Assembly (NCBI RefSeq): GCF_009914755.1
Contig: NC_060938.1
Length of the DNA: 64,000 bases
Origin: the human T2T-CHM13v2.0 reference genome, Homo sapiens
Strand: one strand, 5' to 3'
In this document: positions 23,696 through 39,837 of the stretch, piece after piece
How positions within the stretch are numbered: the first letter of the stretch is position 1
Layout: each line of letters starts with the position of its first letter
Position numbers and translations under genes: made by a program
Notes under the pieces: model-generated
The model's input: only the letters and a program-made list of their open reading frames with translations
Database searches by the model: none
Told to the model about the DNA's origin: nothing

Positions 23696-25436
23696 CTAAA
23701 AAGGCAACAGCAGATATAGTGTTGATTGATCCACTGCCACTCCAGAATTATTTATGGTAGCAAAAATAATAATTTTCAATTTGATGGATTCTTATTTAAG
23801 CAGACTCATTATACTTTTTGGAAAATAAAATATTAACATTCAATATAATATGACTACCTCAGTCACTTTAGCTCCACAGGTGATTGGGATAGCGCTGCTG
23901 GCCTGAATAATAAAATGGTAATAACCTCAGTTAGAACAAATAATTGTTTTACTAGTTCAGATACACTTAACATTATAATAGATGCCCTCATAAGGTGCTA
24001 TGTATAAATCCTTTTTTTGAAAAAAAGCTTGAATCATCATGTAAATGTTTTAGGGCAACTCATTGCTTAGAGAAATCCTTTGAAGTTTTCTTTTATAATG
24101 CAAAAACTCCTACTGCCTTATCTGTTTTGTAAATTAGGTTGTATTCGTACCAGTTTTGTTGAAAAGTGAAACATCCTTCTAAGCATGAAAGTTTTAGAAA
24201 TAATGTCTAAGTATATCTAAAGTAGCTATTATAGGACATAAATGCATTGATATTTTAGTGGATCTCAGTCTAGAGGTGAGAAGAGGGCTAATCATAATAA
24301 TTGGGACTGAGTGTGTTAGAATTACACATCTTTCCCCTGCTCTGATAAAAAATATCCTGCCATAGAGAGTCACTGATACTAATCAGAGCATGTCATATCT
24401 TTCAGATATTTGGGGACAGAGAAAAAAAGGTGATGAATTACAGTACTAGAGATACTATAGCCTTTAAAATAAATATTATATACTTTTGGTTCTACATACT
24501 TTTAAATGAAGATGGTCCATGAAGTAAGTTATGATCAAAACTAATGCAAGGGCTTACAGCCTAAGAGGAAAGTCCAGAATTTAGAGAATGGTGACCTGTC
24601 TTTTCTTGGCAACTAATATTATGAACATCAATTTCTCATCACTTTGTGGCTTCAAGAAATTCTCCCATCATAGAGATGAATCACCTTTCTTCCAGGTCTT
24701 CAAAAAAAAAATATATATATATAAAGGTCTGTGGGAGATAAGCTTAGAAACAGTGGCTGAAAAGGAGAAAAATTCAGATTTCAGTCCTCGGGGGTTTGCA
24801 TAACAAATGATGAAGTATAGTTTTATAGCTCATCTAAGTACCTTGGTGCTTCTTTTGGGTACAAGTCCCTGTTTATTAGACAGGCATGGTGACTTCTAGA
24901 TACATTCTTCCAAGACATCAAGATAATTTTACTTCTTAGTTTTTTCACATGTTAGGCAATTCCAAGATTAATCGTGTATAAACTTGTTTGACACTTGAAT
25001 CAATTTTTGGTTTTACATAAACGGCATTATTTCATGCATACCTCAGCTGAAAATTGGCAGTTATGTATTAGTGCTTGATTTTCTAGACCAGTATTAAAAT
25101 TACCTTCCAAAAATGTTTCAGTTGCAGAAAGTATTGGTGGCCAACAGGTCTTCCATGAGTCGGGACACATTAGCCAGTGTCACCCTTTCTCTAGCCAGTC
25201 AGTTCTATGAGAATGGTATTGGAAGAACAGACAACCTACCTGCAGCACTTGCCCTGTCCTGTTCATATTGTGGACAATCATCAAAAGATAAAAGGGCATA
25301 TGAAAGATTTATGGTAAATGTCTTCCATTTTCTCTGCCTTGAGTACACTGGAGTTAGCTTTCATTTTCATAGTTGCTTACTATGAATGTCTTAGATGTAG
25401 CATGAGAAAATCTTATATTTTCTTTTTGTCTAGAAC

Positions 25437-25881
25437 TCTGCTGTTCAATATAGTAGTCACTAGCTATTACATAATTAAAATATGGCTAGTATGAATAAGC
25501 AGATAATTTTAATTCTTATTTCAGTATAATTTCCATTTAAATTTAAAAACTCAAGCAGTGTAAAACAGTTTTCATCAAACACAATTTTTGTTCTAATAAA
25601 ACTATGTTTCACCTAAAGCACTGAAAATTTAGCATTGAGTTTCAGTGTGCTGTTAAGTATAAAAATATACTAGATTGTAAAAACTTCATATCACGATATA
25701 AATTATCTCCAACAATTTTTATATACATTAGATGTTGAAATAATATTTTGATTATATTGGGCTACACAAAATACATTATTACAATTAATTTAACATTTCT
25801 TTGTACAGTTTTTAAATGTGAATCCTTGGAAATTCATAATTGCATATGTGGTTCACATTATGTTTCTCTTGGACAGTGCTG
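25437..25881 (-). mobile_element. hAT-Charlie DNA transposon, MER33/Charlie5-like
   Basis: Termini ctctgctgttcaata / tcttggacagtgctg; body gttgaaataatattttg...gcatatgtggttcacattatgtttc; ctag-centred flanks. Confidence 0.8.
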
Positions 25882-26269
25882 AGCTAGTACATTCTGAAAT
25901 ATGTAGCAATTATTTCTCTATGGCTTCATAAAGAAAATGTCAATCCAAGGCTGAGGATTTATTTATGAAAATCTAAAGACAGCCGGTTTTCCTGATGGTT
26001 CATGCCGTGGGGGAACGGGTCTCTTTCCCAATATATAAGAGGACAAATCTTGGGATGGGTTTTTTTTTTTTTTGGTCTTTTATGACATTCTTTAATGATT
26101 TCTCCTGTGCTTGCCATTCTGCCTTGTACGTAATACACCCTTTCTAGCAATGGGTTTAAAGGTTTTTCCTTCCTCTCCTTTTTGAGCTGTAAAATATGCA
26201 TTATGGGGAGAGGTGAGCTGATAGTTGAGAAAGGTCATTAAGGGTTCAGCCTGGCTTAGTCGGAAAGAT

Positions 26270-26465
26270 GTGAATTCAAATTGTTATTCTCCCAGATATA
26301 TACTAACATGACCTTGGGGAAATTGCTTAACTTTTCTAAATTTTAGTTTGCTTCATCTGAAAAAGGTACCTAATAGGGAAGTTTTAGATATTAAAATCAA
26401 TGAAATTTAAAAGAATCAAGAAATATGATAATGCCTAGTATATAACAGGCCCTCAAATGTGTTCT
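26270..26465 (+). mobile_element. MIR SINE
   Basis: atgaccttggggaaattgcttaacttttctaaattttagtttgcttcatctg. Confidence 0.7.
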
Positions 26466-26480
26466 GAACCAAGAGATCCC

Positions 26481-26928
26481 TGTAAGAGTTAAAGAAACAG
26501 GAAAGAAACACGAAAAGCGGCTCAACAGTCAAAGACAGGTTAATTTTGCAGAATAAACCTGAGAGGGGCTTCTGGCCAATTTTTGGACAGGAGCACTCAC
26601 TCTCTCTTACAGACTAAGAGTATTTATTGGTTTTAGGGCGAGAGAGCTTTATCACAGGCTTGGAATGTTTCTGTGTGGGGGAGAAATTTATGGTGGGGTT
26701 GGAATGTCTCTGCTTGGAAGGGAAGTTATCTTGGGGCTGACCTGTCTCTGGTCGGGGAGGGGTTTATCTTATGGTTGGAATGTTTCTGGACTGGGATGTT
26801 ATTTGTGGTTTATGGTCATGCTGACGTTAGCCATTAAGCTGATGCCCTTTGGATTTAGGCAGTTTTTGATCAAGGGGAACTTTAGAATGGTGGTGCTTGT
26901 CCAAGATAGCCATGCTCCCGCTGTGTCA
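26481..26928 (-). mobile_element. ERVL-class solo LTR (LTR47-like, subfamily tentative)
   Basis: TG...CA termini (tgtaagagttaaagaaa...ctgtgtca), perfect 5-bp TSD atccc on both sides, internal ttggaatgt repeats. Confidence 0.85.
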
Positions 26929-29604
26929 ATCCCCAAGTTTTAAATGTGTATCTTTACTTAGTGACTTATGGAGTCGTAACTATTAGGACACATACAGCAG
27001 TAAGTCTAAGGCATATACCAGCTTATCAGATGGATCCCCTACCTGGCAAAGGGAAGATCCTCTTTCTCTACTACCTTAGTCCTTCTTTTTATACTCTGTG
27101 CAGCTTTTCAGTTCTTCCACTTGCATTAAAATTAGATTACCTCTTAGATTAGATCAAAAGATTGTCCCTGGTTGTGAGAAGAAAGAATACTTTAATCTAG
27201 CACTAATCCCTTAATACACCATTATATTTGGGTACATTTTTTTTCCTAGCAGAAAAATTATTTTTCAGCCTTCTCAGAAGTACTAAAAGTCCTTTGCCAA
27301 CATCAGCCCAGTGCAAGTTAACCTGTTATGAGATTTGTTTTGTGCTTTGGAAATGCTTGTCAGACAAGCTTTCAACATTGAGATGTGTGATTTAAATTAG
27401 TTTGCATAAGAAAATGTAATGCCAGGGACAAATTTCTCTCTTTATCCCTTCTTATACTACAAAACAGACAAAGAGGGTTAGGTGGTTGCTTTTTAGTATG
27501 CGAGTAATCACTTGGGATTCACAGAAATATTAGATGCAGTGTTATTAGTGAAACCTTAGTTCCCTTTATAGATATGTCTTATGTCCCATTTGTAATATTA
27601 TTATTGTTGTTACCATACGCAAACTTTATTTCTTAGTTTGGATGCTTGGTCTCAACCAGACCCATTACCTCCTTATCTTCCTATCTCTTAGGGTCACTTC
27701 TTGCTTAGAGGCAACTTGTTGAAAGTGGAGGTCAGCGTGATCCTTTTTCTTAGAAGACATAGCCCTTTCATGGAACTTACGTAGCTGATTCATAGCCTGA
27801 GTCAGTCTCTTGGATCTGTGAAAAAAAGGAAAAATGAACCAGACATGGTGTTTGCAGTCAGTCTTCTTTGAATATAAAATATATAGGCAGAGGAAAAAAT
27901 TAAACCAGGCAGATTAACCTCAAGGCATAAAGACAAATGCTAAAATGTACTCTAACGTGAAGGGTTAAGCATTCCAAGATGCCCGTTGGAAGGTTCTTTA
28001 TCCAACACTTCTCTACCCATTCCAACCCCAGTGTAAACATTAAATAATTCTTTTAAAATTTGAATACTCAAACAAGAAAGTAAAGCATGGAAGATAATTT
28101 TTAAATCATTATGTAGTGATTAGAGGAAGAGGAATAAAGGGTAATGTGAGATTTTAGAAATAGGTGCTTTGAATAGATAAAGAGATATTGCAAGGATAGA
28201 TGAACTCACTATCGTCTTTGCAGTATAGTATCGTTGGTGCAGAGGATTTGGGATAGAAATCCAGTCTGGGGGCCGAGATGTGATCATTATGTGCAATATC
28301 ATCTTCAAAAAGTCAGGTCATGGTTATCAGTTTGCTACAAAGAACATCTTAGTCTCATTTCCTGTCCAAGGCAGGAATTTTCCCCTGAACATTCCTGACA
28401 GAAGATAACCTGTTTTGTGCTCTAATCACCCAGTCTTCTACCAGAGGTTGAAGTGACATTTTGGCTCCATTTTCTCGTATTTTATGCAAGAAGCTGGGAA
28501 TTCCAGCATCTTACTCTGCTCATCAGGGATCCTGAGGGAGCTGGTAATATGCAGAAAGGATGTCAAAGGGCCATGTTACTAATAGCTGTGGAAGCTCCGC
28601 TATCCACAAAGCAGAGATTATGAAACAGTCTATACTTTGGCTAGAAGCCTAAGCAGAATCTCTTCTACTTCCCTCAAAATCTATTTCTTAGCACCAGCAA
28701 GACTGGGTCTGTCCAGTGGGTTGTGGGTTTGGGGAGAAGCAGAGGAAAGATTGACATCATGTGGAATCTGGAAGAGACAGAACACATCTCTTGGTGCTTT
28801 TGAAGGTACAGTGACTCCATCTAGTAGTAAAAGGTGTTCAAATGAATGGCTTCAAATTTGACCAGATTATCAAATGCTGCTTCCCTGATAAACAGCTCAG
28901 ACATGGGTTAGAAGAGGTGGCCCTGGGATGGGAAGCAGTGCAGACTCTCATGTATGAATAGCTCCAATTCTCAAAAAATTCTTTTAGTTAACTGCTGTCT
29001 GTCTTCTTCTACATTGCACTCAAGCCTAACTCTGCACTTTTAAAATCAACATATAAATTATAACTTTCTCTCCTATGATAACTTTTCAAATGTTTTTTGA
29101 CATCTATTCAGTACCGAGCTCCCTTTTGAAAACTGGGCCATCATTTCCCAACCTCCAATTTCTGACTGTATTTCCATAATTTATTTAAAGACTCCTAACA
29201 ATGGAGCCACAATCATAACTACAGGTCCCCTTTATATCTCAGGATGACATTCATTTGGTTCTAATCCTTGAACTCATTTGAAGATTCTAATTGCTCTTGT
29301 ATTCTCTCCTCTTCTATCTGGAACTTATCTCCCTGATAAGCATCTGTGTTGTGATTCTTCTAGAGTGGAGATTATTTCTCTTGTAAGGAAAAAAATTAAA
29401 ACTACCTTGTTCTACTTTCTCTGTTGCATCACACCTTCTCTCTTAAGTAATAGTCCTAAACCTTCTCTGTTCTTCTCCAGACAGATCATAAATGTTACAC
29501 CCCAACCTAAAACAAAACAAAACAAAACCTTCCTTCATGAATTATTATTGGCCTTGTATGCAAGACTGAGTTGATCCCAGTCTCAATTTACCTGATACCA
29601 TCTA

Positions 29605-30160
<556 letters not shown>

Positions 30161-30734
30161 AGTTTCAATGCAGGCATCTGGCTCCAGGGTTCATGGTCTT
30201 TTACCATGATGCCATGCTGCTATGTCTACTTATAGGAGTATGCACGCTTTTATGCTCTTTCCTGTTTTTGTGAGCCTTATTCTAGCTTTTATATATTTTT
30301 AAACTCTGAGCTCCTTAGAGAGTTTCCAATGGCCAGTCAAATTTATTTAGGTCCTCTGAATAGTCTCTGAATGGAAGAAAGTGTTTTTCATCCCTAAAGC
30401 CCACATGTATACTTCAGATGCACAAGGTTCAAGGTCAGGGCCTGAAGGAGAAAGTATCACAGCACAAGTAACAATGTTAAACTTCAAAGGAAGATAAAAC
30501 CTCAAAATAAGATATTAAGGTCAAATACTAGAATCTGCAGGGACACTGTCCTGGTTAAGAGGCAATAGAAAGGAAGTAGCATAAGGTGATTCAGCAGGGG
30601 AGAGATGTGAGACCAACAGCGTTAGATCAGTGGGGCTGTAAGAGAGACTCTCCAAATTCATTTATGGAGGAGAATGCCAGAAGAGTGGGGAGAGAGTGAG
30701 CTAGAGATTCCCAAGTCCCCTGGCAACGTGAAAT

Positions 30735-30876
30735 ACCAGGGGTACTAGCACCCAGGTCTTTGCTTCTAATGCCATTCTCTAATGAAAGGGACAAGGCATC
30801 CTTGGAAAAATGGCTAATTCTAGCACAGAGCAGGGAATAGACAAGATGAGCCCGGAGAATCTGGTAGTGACAGAAA
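30735..30876 (+). mobile_element. L1MC/L1MD 3' UTR fragment
   Basis: aaatggctaattctagcacagagcagggaatagacaagatgagcccggagaatctggtagtgacagaaag. Confidence 0.65.
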
Positions 30877-30966
30877 GGAAGAAAATGCAGAAAGAAAAAG
30901 GAAGGAAGACAAGGGAAGGGAAGGGATGGTATGAAAGGAAGGAAGAAAGGGAAGGAAGGAAGGAAG
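30876..30966. repeat. Purine-rich (GGAA)n-like tract
   Basis: gaaaaaggaaggaagacaagggaagggaaggg...ggaaggaaggaaggaag. Confidence 0.85.
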
Positions 30967-31032
30967 TCCAATGAATGGGATTGGGGTCTATTTCTATCTG
31001 TGTTCTTAACAATCTTCTTCATCAGGGATTAG

Positions 31033-31358
<326 letters not shown>

Positions 31359-31751
31359 TGTTGCCTTGTTTCTGATGGGAGTCCAAGAATCTCCAAGCTA
31401 TCTATATGACAAAGACAAAACTACTCTTTCTATCCTGTACTGTAATCCTACCTGACAAATATATCCTTCATGCTCCTTGTCATTTTGAGCAAATAGCCTG
31501 AGTTTACCTCACTTTCATTTGAACTTCCTCCCTCTTTATTGCCAAGGTACTACGTTCCTTTATCTCTGTGCCTGAACAAGCCCCCCTTGCTATAATCTTC
31601 ATGCTGACCCCTCATTCTCTAGAGTATATGCTGTTTTCTGCAGCAGACTACACTTCCAGTGCCCTTGCTTGGAGCAGATCTAGACATCATATCGCCACGG
31701 TCTTCATTCTGAAGTAACCTTAGAAGTCACTTTCAGTTCATAACATTAAAG

Positions 31752-32138
31752 CACAGGTTACAACTCATATGACTACATGGGCCATATAAAATAAACGAGT
31801 CAATGTGCCGAAGATCAGGAAAGTGATAGCTCAGGCAAGACTGACACTAATTCTTGGCCTCTCTGTCTAAGAGACAGAAGAGAGTGCTAGAGACTATGGC
31901 ACCCAGGAGAACCCAGACCGAAGAGGGCAGCCACTGCTCAGCTGCTGCCAGTCATCACAGCACAGGAGCAATGGACCAATATTATGAATTTATCTTCTTT
32001 TGAAAGACAATCCAGAAGTCGAGACTTTTATAAAAAGTCTGAATTCATTACCTGTATTAAATTTTCTTTGATTTAAAACACTGATCAGGCTAAATACAAC
32101 ATACCTGTAAGATATTACACACCTACTGCAAGAACCCT
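31752..32138 (+). mobile_element. MER102-like DNA transposon
   Basis: caggttacaactcatatgactacatgggcca...gagggcagccactgctcagct...ccagaagtcgagactttta. Confidence 0.65.
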
Positions 32139-33039
32139 GCCTCTGCATATAAAGGAGAAAGATAAGCACAGTTGATTCTCTTCACAAGCCCTGTGTCATG
32201 CAAACAGGATTAATAGCCCAGTTCTAGGCTAACAATTTCATAGCAACCATGTGGTTATTATGTGTTGTATATATGAAATTATGCCATAATGAGCTGTCTC
32301 CTAACAAGATTGTGCAGGCTATAAAGCTGTTTTATAGCTCCAAGAGAGTTGCTCCTGAGTTCATTGACAGTGGTTATTGTTTCTTTCCATCTCAGTTACT
32401 TTTGAATTAAAAAGTGCTCACCCTACTCTTTCTTCTCGGCTACAAGTTTTGCCATAGTGCACAGTGTTTCTTCATCTTACTTTCTTTAAAGAACCTTTCC
32501 CATCTCTTCAGTTATTTCTACCTGTTCCAACCTCCCTCCTGATAGCACCCCAGTAGTGGGATGGAATGTGCTGGAGGGGTTTGGCCAGTTCTTGGGGGAG
32601 TTTCACAGTCACCTGTCTACAGTTTCAGTGAGATGGGAATTTATCAAGCTGAAATTAGCAAAAGACAAAACTGACATTGTTTAAACACATACTTAACAAA
32701 AGATCTAACCAGTTCCTCCTAGAACTAGAAGATATTTGAAAATTAGAGAGGAGCTTTTTTTTTTTTCCTATCGCTTTCTTTAAAACACACTTTTCCATAG
32801 ATAATCTTATCTTTTTGGCATCAACAATTATTTATAATTCTGGAATGATTTCCAAATCTAACTTGTAACCATATTTCCAACTACCTGCCAAGTGTCTGTG
32901 CTGGAATTACCTAATGGCATTTGATCGTGGCTCAAATGTGCTCACTCAACTTTATTCCGTGGGCTGCTCACCTCCCCTGTGTGGAGCCTGGGAGCCTCTG
33001 AAGGCAAATCTTGACTCATCTCTCACCTCTCAACTGATC

Positions 33040-33725
33040 AACCAGTAGCCACACCTGACTTAAATGCCATCTGGAATCCAGTTCTCTTTCAGCTCTTCCA
33101 TTTCTTACAGGAACTTTTACAGTAACTTCTGAACTGTTACTCTTGCCTCTGAACTGCCTCCTTTCCAATTTATTATTCACAAGTTCCCTGGAGTTATTTT
33201 CTTTAAAACAAAATGACAGCTTTGTTTCGTTAAAAGACTGTCAGGTTACTCCATTGGCCAGAGGGAAAGGGACAAAGCAAGTACGTGCCCACACAATCTC
33301 TTTACTGTGGTATTTGGTAGCTAATACATCTTTCAAGCCTCATCTACTTCATCGCCTCCTGCACCCCAAGCTGGAATTACACGTGTCTTATTGCCCTGTC
33401 CCTGCATATCTTCTGGCCTTATAGACCTCTGTGCCTTTATCTATGTCGTTCCTTCTACCTCAACAGGTTTCTGTCCTACCATGGATTGTCTAATGCCTTC
33501 TGCACATGTTCTTTATCCTAGGAAGCAAAATATTTATTCCTTTTCCTGCATTCTTTAATACCTAGTTTATGCATGTCTCATTGCACTTATTCTAATCGGA
33601 GCTTGTTCTTGTCATTTTTTTTCATATTTTTTTCCTTTTGTGGGGGAGTTTAGGACCCAAGTCTTTGTCCTCTTTTGGTTTAACTAGTACCTTGCACAGA
33701 AAAGGTAGTCAATAAATGTTTGAAA
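33040..33725 (+). mobile_element. L2 fragment
   Basis: ctcctttccaatttattattcac...ccttgcacagaaaaggtagtcaataaatgtttga (L2 3' end). Confidence 0.65.
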
Positions 33726-33754
33726 AAAAAAATCCCAGTTTGATAATTAGTTGA

Positions 33755-34203
<449 letters not shown>

Positions 34204-34223
34204 AGAACAATCCTATTTTCTAA

Positions 34224-34547
<324 letters not shown>

Positions 34548-34763
34548 TTTTTTTTTTTTTTAATCCTTCTACTTTACTCATACTCTCCAAAGTTAATTCA
34601 CACAAAACCTCCCCAATAAAATGGAAGTGAGGTTTAAAATCAGACCATAATTTAACCAGCTGACCAAATGCCATTTTGTATAAGAAGATAAAAAGCTACC
34701 ATTGTTGTTATATCTCAGAGCAGAAGCTCTTTCTTCATTTTATTCTTTAAAAACATCATTCAG

Positions 34764-35092
<329 letters not shown>

Positions 35093-35403
35093 TTATAGTT
35101 AGCATGAAGCTACACCATCAATCTTTCCTCGTGTTCATGATCATGGCTCAGCATTTTTCTGAAGTGTCATTAATAAGCCATGTTAGCAGGAATGACCTAC
35201 ACATATGCATGTCAGGAGGGCTTCAGGCCACTGCTGTCTGTGTGTCACCTTGACGTCAGCCTTGATAATTGTCCAGGGCCTCCAACTTCACAGCAGTACC
35301 TGGGCCTATGTCAGGTTGAGTTCTATGATCACACACTATTTTCATCAGAAATTTTAATAAAATTATTTTTTTCTCAGATGACTTCCCGCATACTACTAAG
35401 TGA

Positions 35404-35816
<413 letters not shown>

Positions 35817-36250
35817 TGATGGCCATCACTGGTACAACACCCTGCGTATGCCAAGACTGTCATGCCTTGTCAGCTATAATAAAAAGCAGGAGACAAATGA
35901 CCTTTTGTTACCTGAAATGATGGATCAGTATGTATGTGCAAGGATGCACGCTGTCAAGTTCTTGTGGGTTAATCATGCCAGGCTGATGGAGGGGCTCCAC
36001 GAGTTCCAAAGTAGAAGGAGCTTGAACTCCAGGCTGTGGCTTTGAAGCAGTTGTTTTCTCTGGAATTAGCTAATGAGGCTCTCTTTGTTTGAGGATTGGA
36101 AAGCCTCCAAAAACCCACTCAGGAGGGAAATTAACAAATGTCTGTTTTGTTACCTCCGGATAAACCTTCATGATGAAATGTGCAGCCGGTCCACCTCTTC
36201 AATCTTCTCTCTTCTTCTTCCTCAGTGGAAGCTCAATTACCATGAAGGCC

Positions 36251-36298
36251 AAAATAAATAAATAAATAAACAACAAACCAACCAAATAAATAAATAAA
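36251..36298. repeat. (AAAT)n/(AAAC)n low-complexity tract
   Basis: aaaataaataaataaataaacaacaaaccaaccaaataaataaataaa. Confidence 0.85.
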
Positions 36299-36694
36299 GC
36301 AGATAAACCGTGGTTCTTTGCTTAAAAAAAGTTGCAGCAAAGAAAAGATTTAGAGTAATTTCTAGTTAGAAGTGGCTGTGAGATTCACTGTCTTCTGGTG
36401 ATATTTGAAATATACTATATTCATGCAAATGTTTCTGATTATTTAAACACGTTATCTGTATCTATAATTATCAGTAGCTGCTGGCATTATGTGAGCATGC
36501 AAAAGTGGGAACAGCAGCAGTAACCTGACTCATTTCAACCAGGATGGACCATCTCAGAGGGTCACAGTTACTAATCTCTGCATGAACTAGATTTTATAAG
36601 GTATTATGATTCTTTCATAGCTTGTAACTTTTCATTGATCATCAACTTTACTGATTTTTGTTAATACTGGAAATTTTAATAAATGGGTTGTGCA

Positions 36695-36930
36695 CAGGTA
36701 CTTATTGAGCACCTATTACGTGCCATAGAATATTCTGATTATTAAGGATGTCAAGGTATATAATCCAGAGTCACGGTTTTCAAGGAACTCAGTCGATAAT
36801 TACAAGCTAATACATGGGTACCACTGTTCTAGGCACAGCGTGGCAGAAAAGAATAGCGTGGACACACATTCAGGGGATTTAACTAGGAGAAAACAGTAAG
36901 GAAGGGGATCTTAGCAGAGGTAGTATATTA
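36695..36930 (-). mobile_element. L2 3' fragment
   Basis: tacttattgagcacctattacgtgcca...ttcaaggaactcagt. Confidence 0.7.
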
Positions 36931-36989
36931 ACAGATGTATATGACAACTTACACTGCTGTAAGTCATCCTGTTTGGCTGGCAAGTTTTG

Positions 36990-37173
36990 CTTTAGAAACT
37001 GGGTAAATATTGTTCATGAAACTTCTGTGTAAGTTTCACGTGAATGTTTTCCTATGTGTATGTGTGCATGCTTATTTGCATTTGTGTGCACTTGTGGGTA
37101 TGTGTATTTGTCCTGTGTCACAATAAAATGTATCTATTTCTGGACTTTGCAGTCAAAAACATTGGAAAACTGT
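36990..37173 (+). mobile_element. Charlie4-like hAT fragment (tentative)
   Basis: End taaaatgtatctatttctggactttgcagtcaaaaacattggaaaactg resembles the Charlie4 terminus. Confidence 0.45.
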
Positions 37174-37687
37174 CTATGTAGGTAATGGACACAATAGAAT
37201 TTAGAAAGCAACTTTTACAAACATTGCAGATTTGTAATTTTCTAATATCATTGATATATAAAGCTGAGTATACCAGACACTTGTAAAGAAATGATCTTTT
37301 CCAATGAAAACACAGGTGTTAAACAGAACCTTTCTTTTGGCCTACAAATCACTCTTCTAACACTTGGAAAAAATTAAAGAAATATTCAGCAATGTGTAGA
37401 ATTTCAATCCCAGAGAGACAGGAAGAGACTGTATAGCTGCAGATGCAATATGCTTGTTATTTTGGCAAAAGCGTAACATAAGAAGCCACCAACTCTCACA
37501 GAGGAAGCAGAGAAATTCAGTATTTGCTTGTAACTTAGATATTTCTTTCTTTGTTTTCCCCCTAAGAAGAACATATCTTTTCTGGTGGGAAAAGGGAATT
37601 TAGATAATTAAAGCAGAGGGAATAAACATTTTCAGGACCAAAGAGAAAATAGCCGTTTGAGCCACATATTTAAATGTTAATCTACAA

Positions 37688-37987
37688 TTTTTTTTTTTTT
37701 TTTGAGACAGGATTTCACTGTGTTGCCCAGGCTGGAGTGCAGTGGTGCAGTCTTGGCTCACTGTAACCTCCCTTCTCCCCTCTTGGGCTCAAGCCAACCT
37801 CCCACCTTAGCCTCCTGAGTAGCTGGAACTACAGGCATGTGCCACCATGCCCGGCTAATTTTTTGTCAAGACGGGGTCTCACTATGTTGCCCAGGCTGGT
37901 CTAGAACTCCTAGACTGAAGTGATCCACCAGCCTCAGTCTCCCAAAAGTGCTGGGATTACAGATGTGAGCCACCACCGTGCCTGGCC
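37688..37987 (-). mobile_element. AluJ
   Basis: gggctcaagccaacctcccacc and ggggtctcactatgttgcccaggctggtc (AluJ diagnostics). Confidence 0.94.
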
Positions 37988-39837
37988 ATCAAATGTTTTT
38001 CATAGTGGACTAGGGCTTTATGATCCCATAAAAATTATTTCCCTCATGGAACCACTCCATTTATGTATTATAAAGCTGTCAACATCTGGTTTTATTGATA
38101 AATATCCCTGGGGTTTTTGAGCTTTTTCTTTTCAACATAGTGCCTGTGTTTTATCTTGACCTTTGCTTTAAAATTACTGCTAGATGTAATGAGGATTCTG
38201 GAAAGAGCATGGTTCAAGATTTTGTACAATTGATATAATGATTCTGAAGCAAATAATGGGAAAGGGGAGAGTTTCAGAATTTGGTGGCCTTAGGGTAAGC
38301 TTATGATTTGTTTTATCTTTCCTCATATCTACCTAATGCTGTGAAATTTTGGGATTAGATTTGGATTGGGGACAAATGAGGAGTGGAAATAGTGGAGGGA
38401 GAAAGGGTTAGGAAAGTTACAGAACTTGGCAAGGCTCTTGGAGGTGGTGGATTGATTTCTCTGGTGTTGTGAAGTGTCATCTTCTTTCTTCAGTTAAACT
38501 GAAGTACAGGCAAGCTTCTCCTGCTGCCCCTCAGTTTCACTGTGTCACCATTTTTAGTAGGGATAAGCAGAGACTTGTTGTTGGTAAGGACAGGAAGGAA
38601 GGTGATGCTGATGAATTTTTGCTGGTGCTAGGTTAGCTGCCAGCCGGCCTGGCAATGGCTGTGGTCCAGCCAGCCTGGGGCGCTTCTAGTATTCTCTGTC
38701 ATGGGGCAATATGTTAACGAATTAAAATGCCAAATAGAAATGAGACAGAATTCCAAAGACATGTAAACTGAAAAACACCTGTCCCCATTTGTTGATTTTT
38801 TTTTTCCTGCATATACTTAAAAAACCCCAAACCTTTATGTAAGAGTCTCAGGAGTGCAGTGAAAAAAAAGTGTTTATTGACGAGCCATTTCCAATTTAGG
38901 CCTTAAACTTCAAGACCCATTTCTAAGACCCATATGCTTCAAAACGTTCTATATAATTCAGCTCAAAAGGATCTTCCTCTCCTCTAGATCTATAATGTTT
39001 ATTGACTACATCCCTCAAAGAGCAGTAATGCATCATGGTGAAATAAAAATTGAACTGCAAATCCGAAGACTTGAATTCTAGTTCCTGATCGTTTTTCATA
39101 GTGTATTTAATCACACAGTTTAACCCCTAGGTCTCCTTCACTGTGACTCATTATGGTGAGTTCGCGTGAGAAAGTGTCCACCATAGGACACTAAATTCAA
39201 AAGAGTGACCAGTAATGATTGTTGTCCCAAGGATGTCCAAATGGGAAAACCATTATCAGTCTACACTCTAAACCAGAAGGGACTTATTCCACCAAAAGAG
39301 GTTAAGGGCTCCTTACCACAGTCACAAAACCAGAATATATATTCTTTCAGAGAAAACCCAGATACAGGGCATGAGATTAGAACCCTAGAATGGCATATCA
39401 AAAACTTCTGGAGTCTGTTGAGTAGAAGTTTGGAGAATAAACAAATTGATAGATTGATATTTGAATCCCCGGCAGAGTAAGAGGAATAATAAGATTTTGA
39501 ATCAAGAAGAGGAATCCTGCCACATGCAACTAGGAAGAAAAAAGCAAATTAACTGTGATAGCACTCATTAGGGATTATCATTATATCTTTAATGAGGAGG
39601 TAATAAAGACTGATTATTTACTAGGCATCCCTTATTGATCCCTATTTATCACTACGTAGAGTAAAATGTACAATTTTTCCTTTCACTTGTGGATTTCATT
39701 AATTTATACAGTCATCACATATTGATTGTACATATACTGTATACCAGACACTTTATTAGCTTTAAGAATACCAAAACGAATATGCCAGATATAGTATCTA
39801 ACTTCATGGAGTTTGTAGAGAGATTTTTTGAACTGAA

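Noticed and set aside
30627-31022. 131-aa F/P/L/S-rich ORF
   Set aside because: It arises from the antisense of the GGAA-rich tract plus an L1 fragment.
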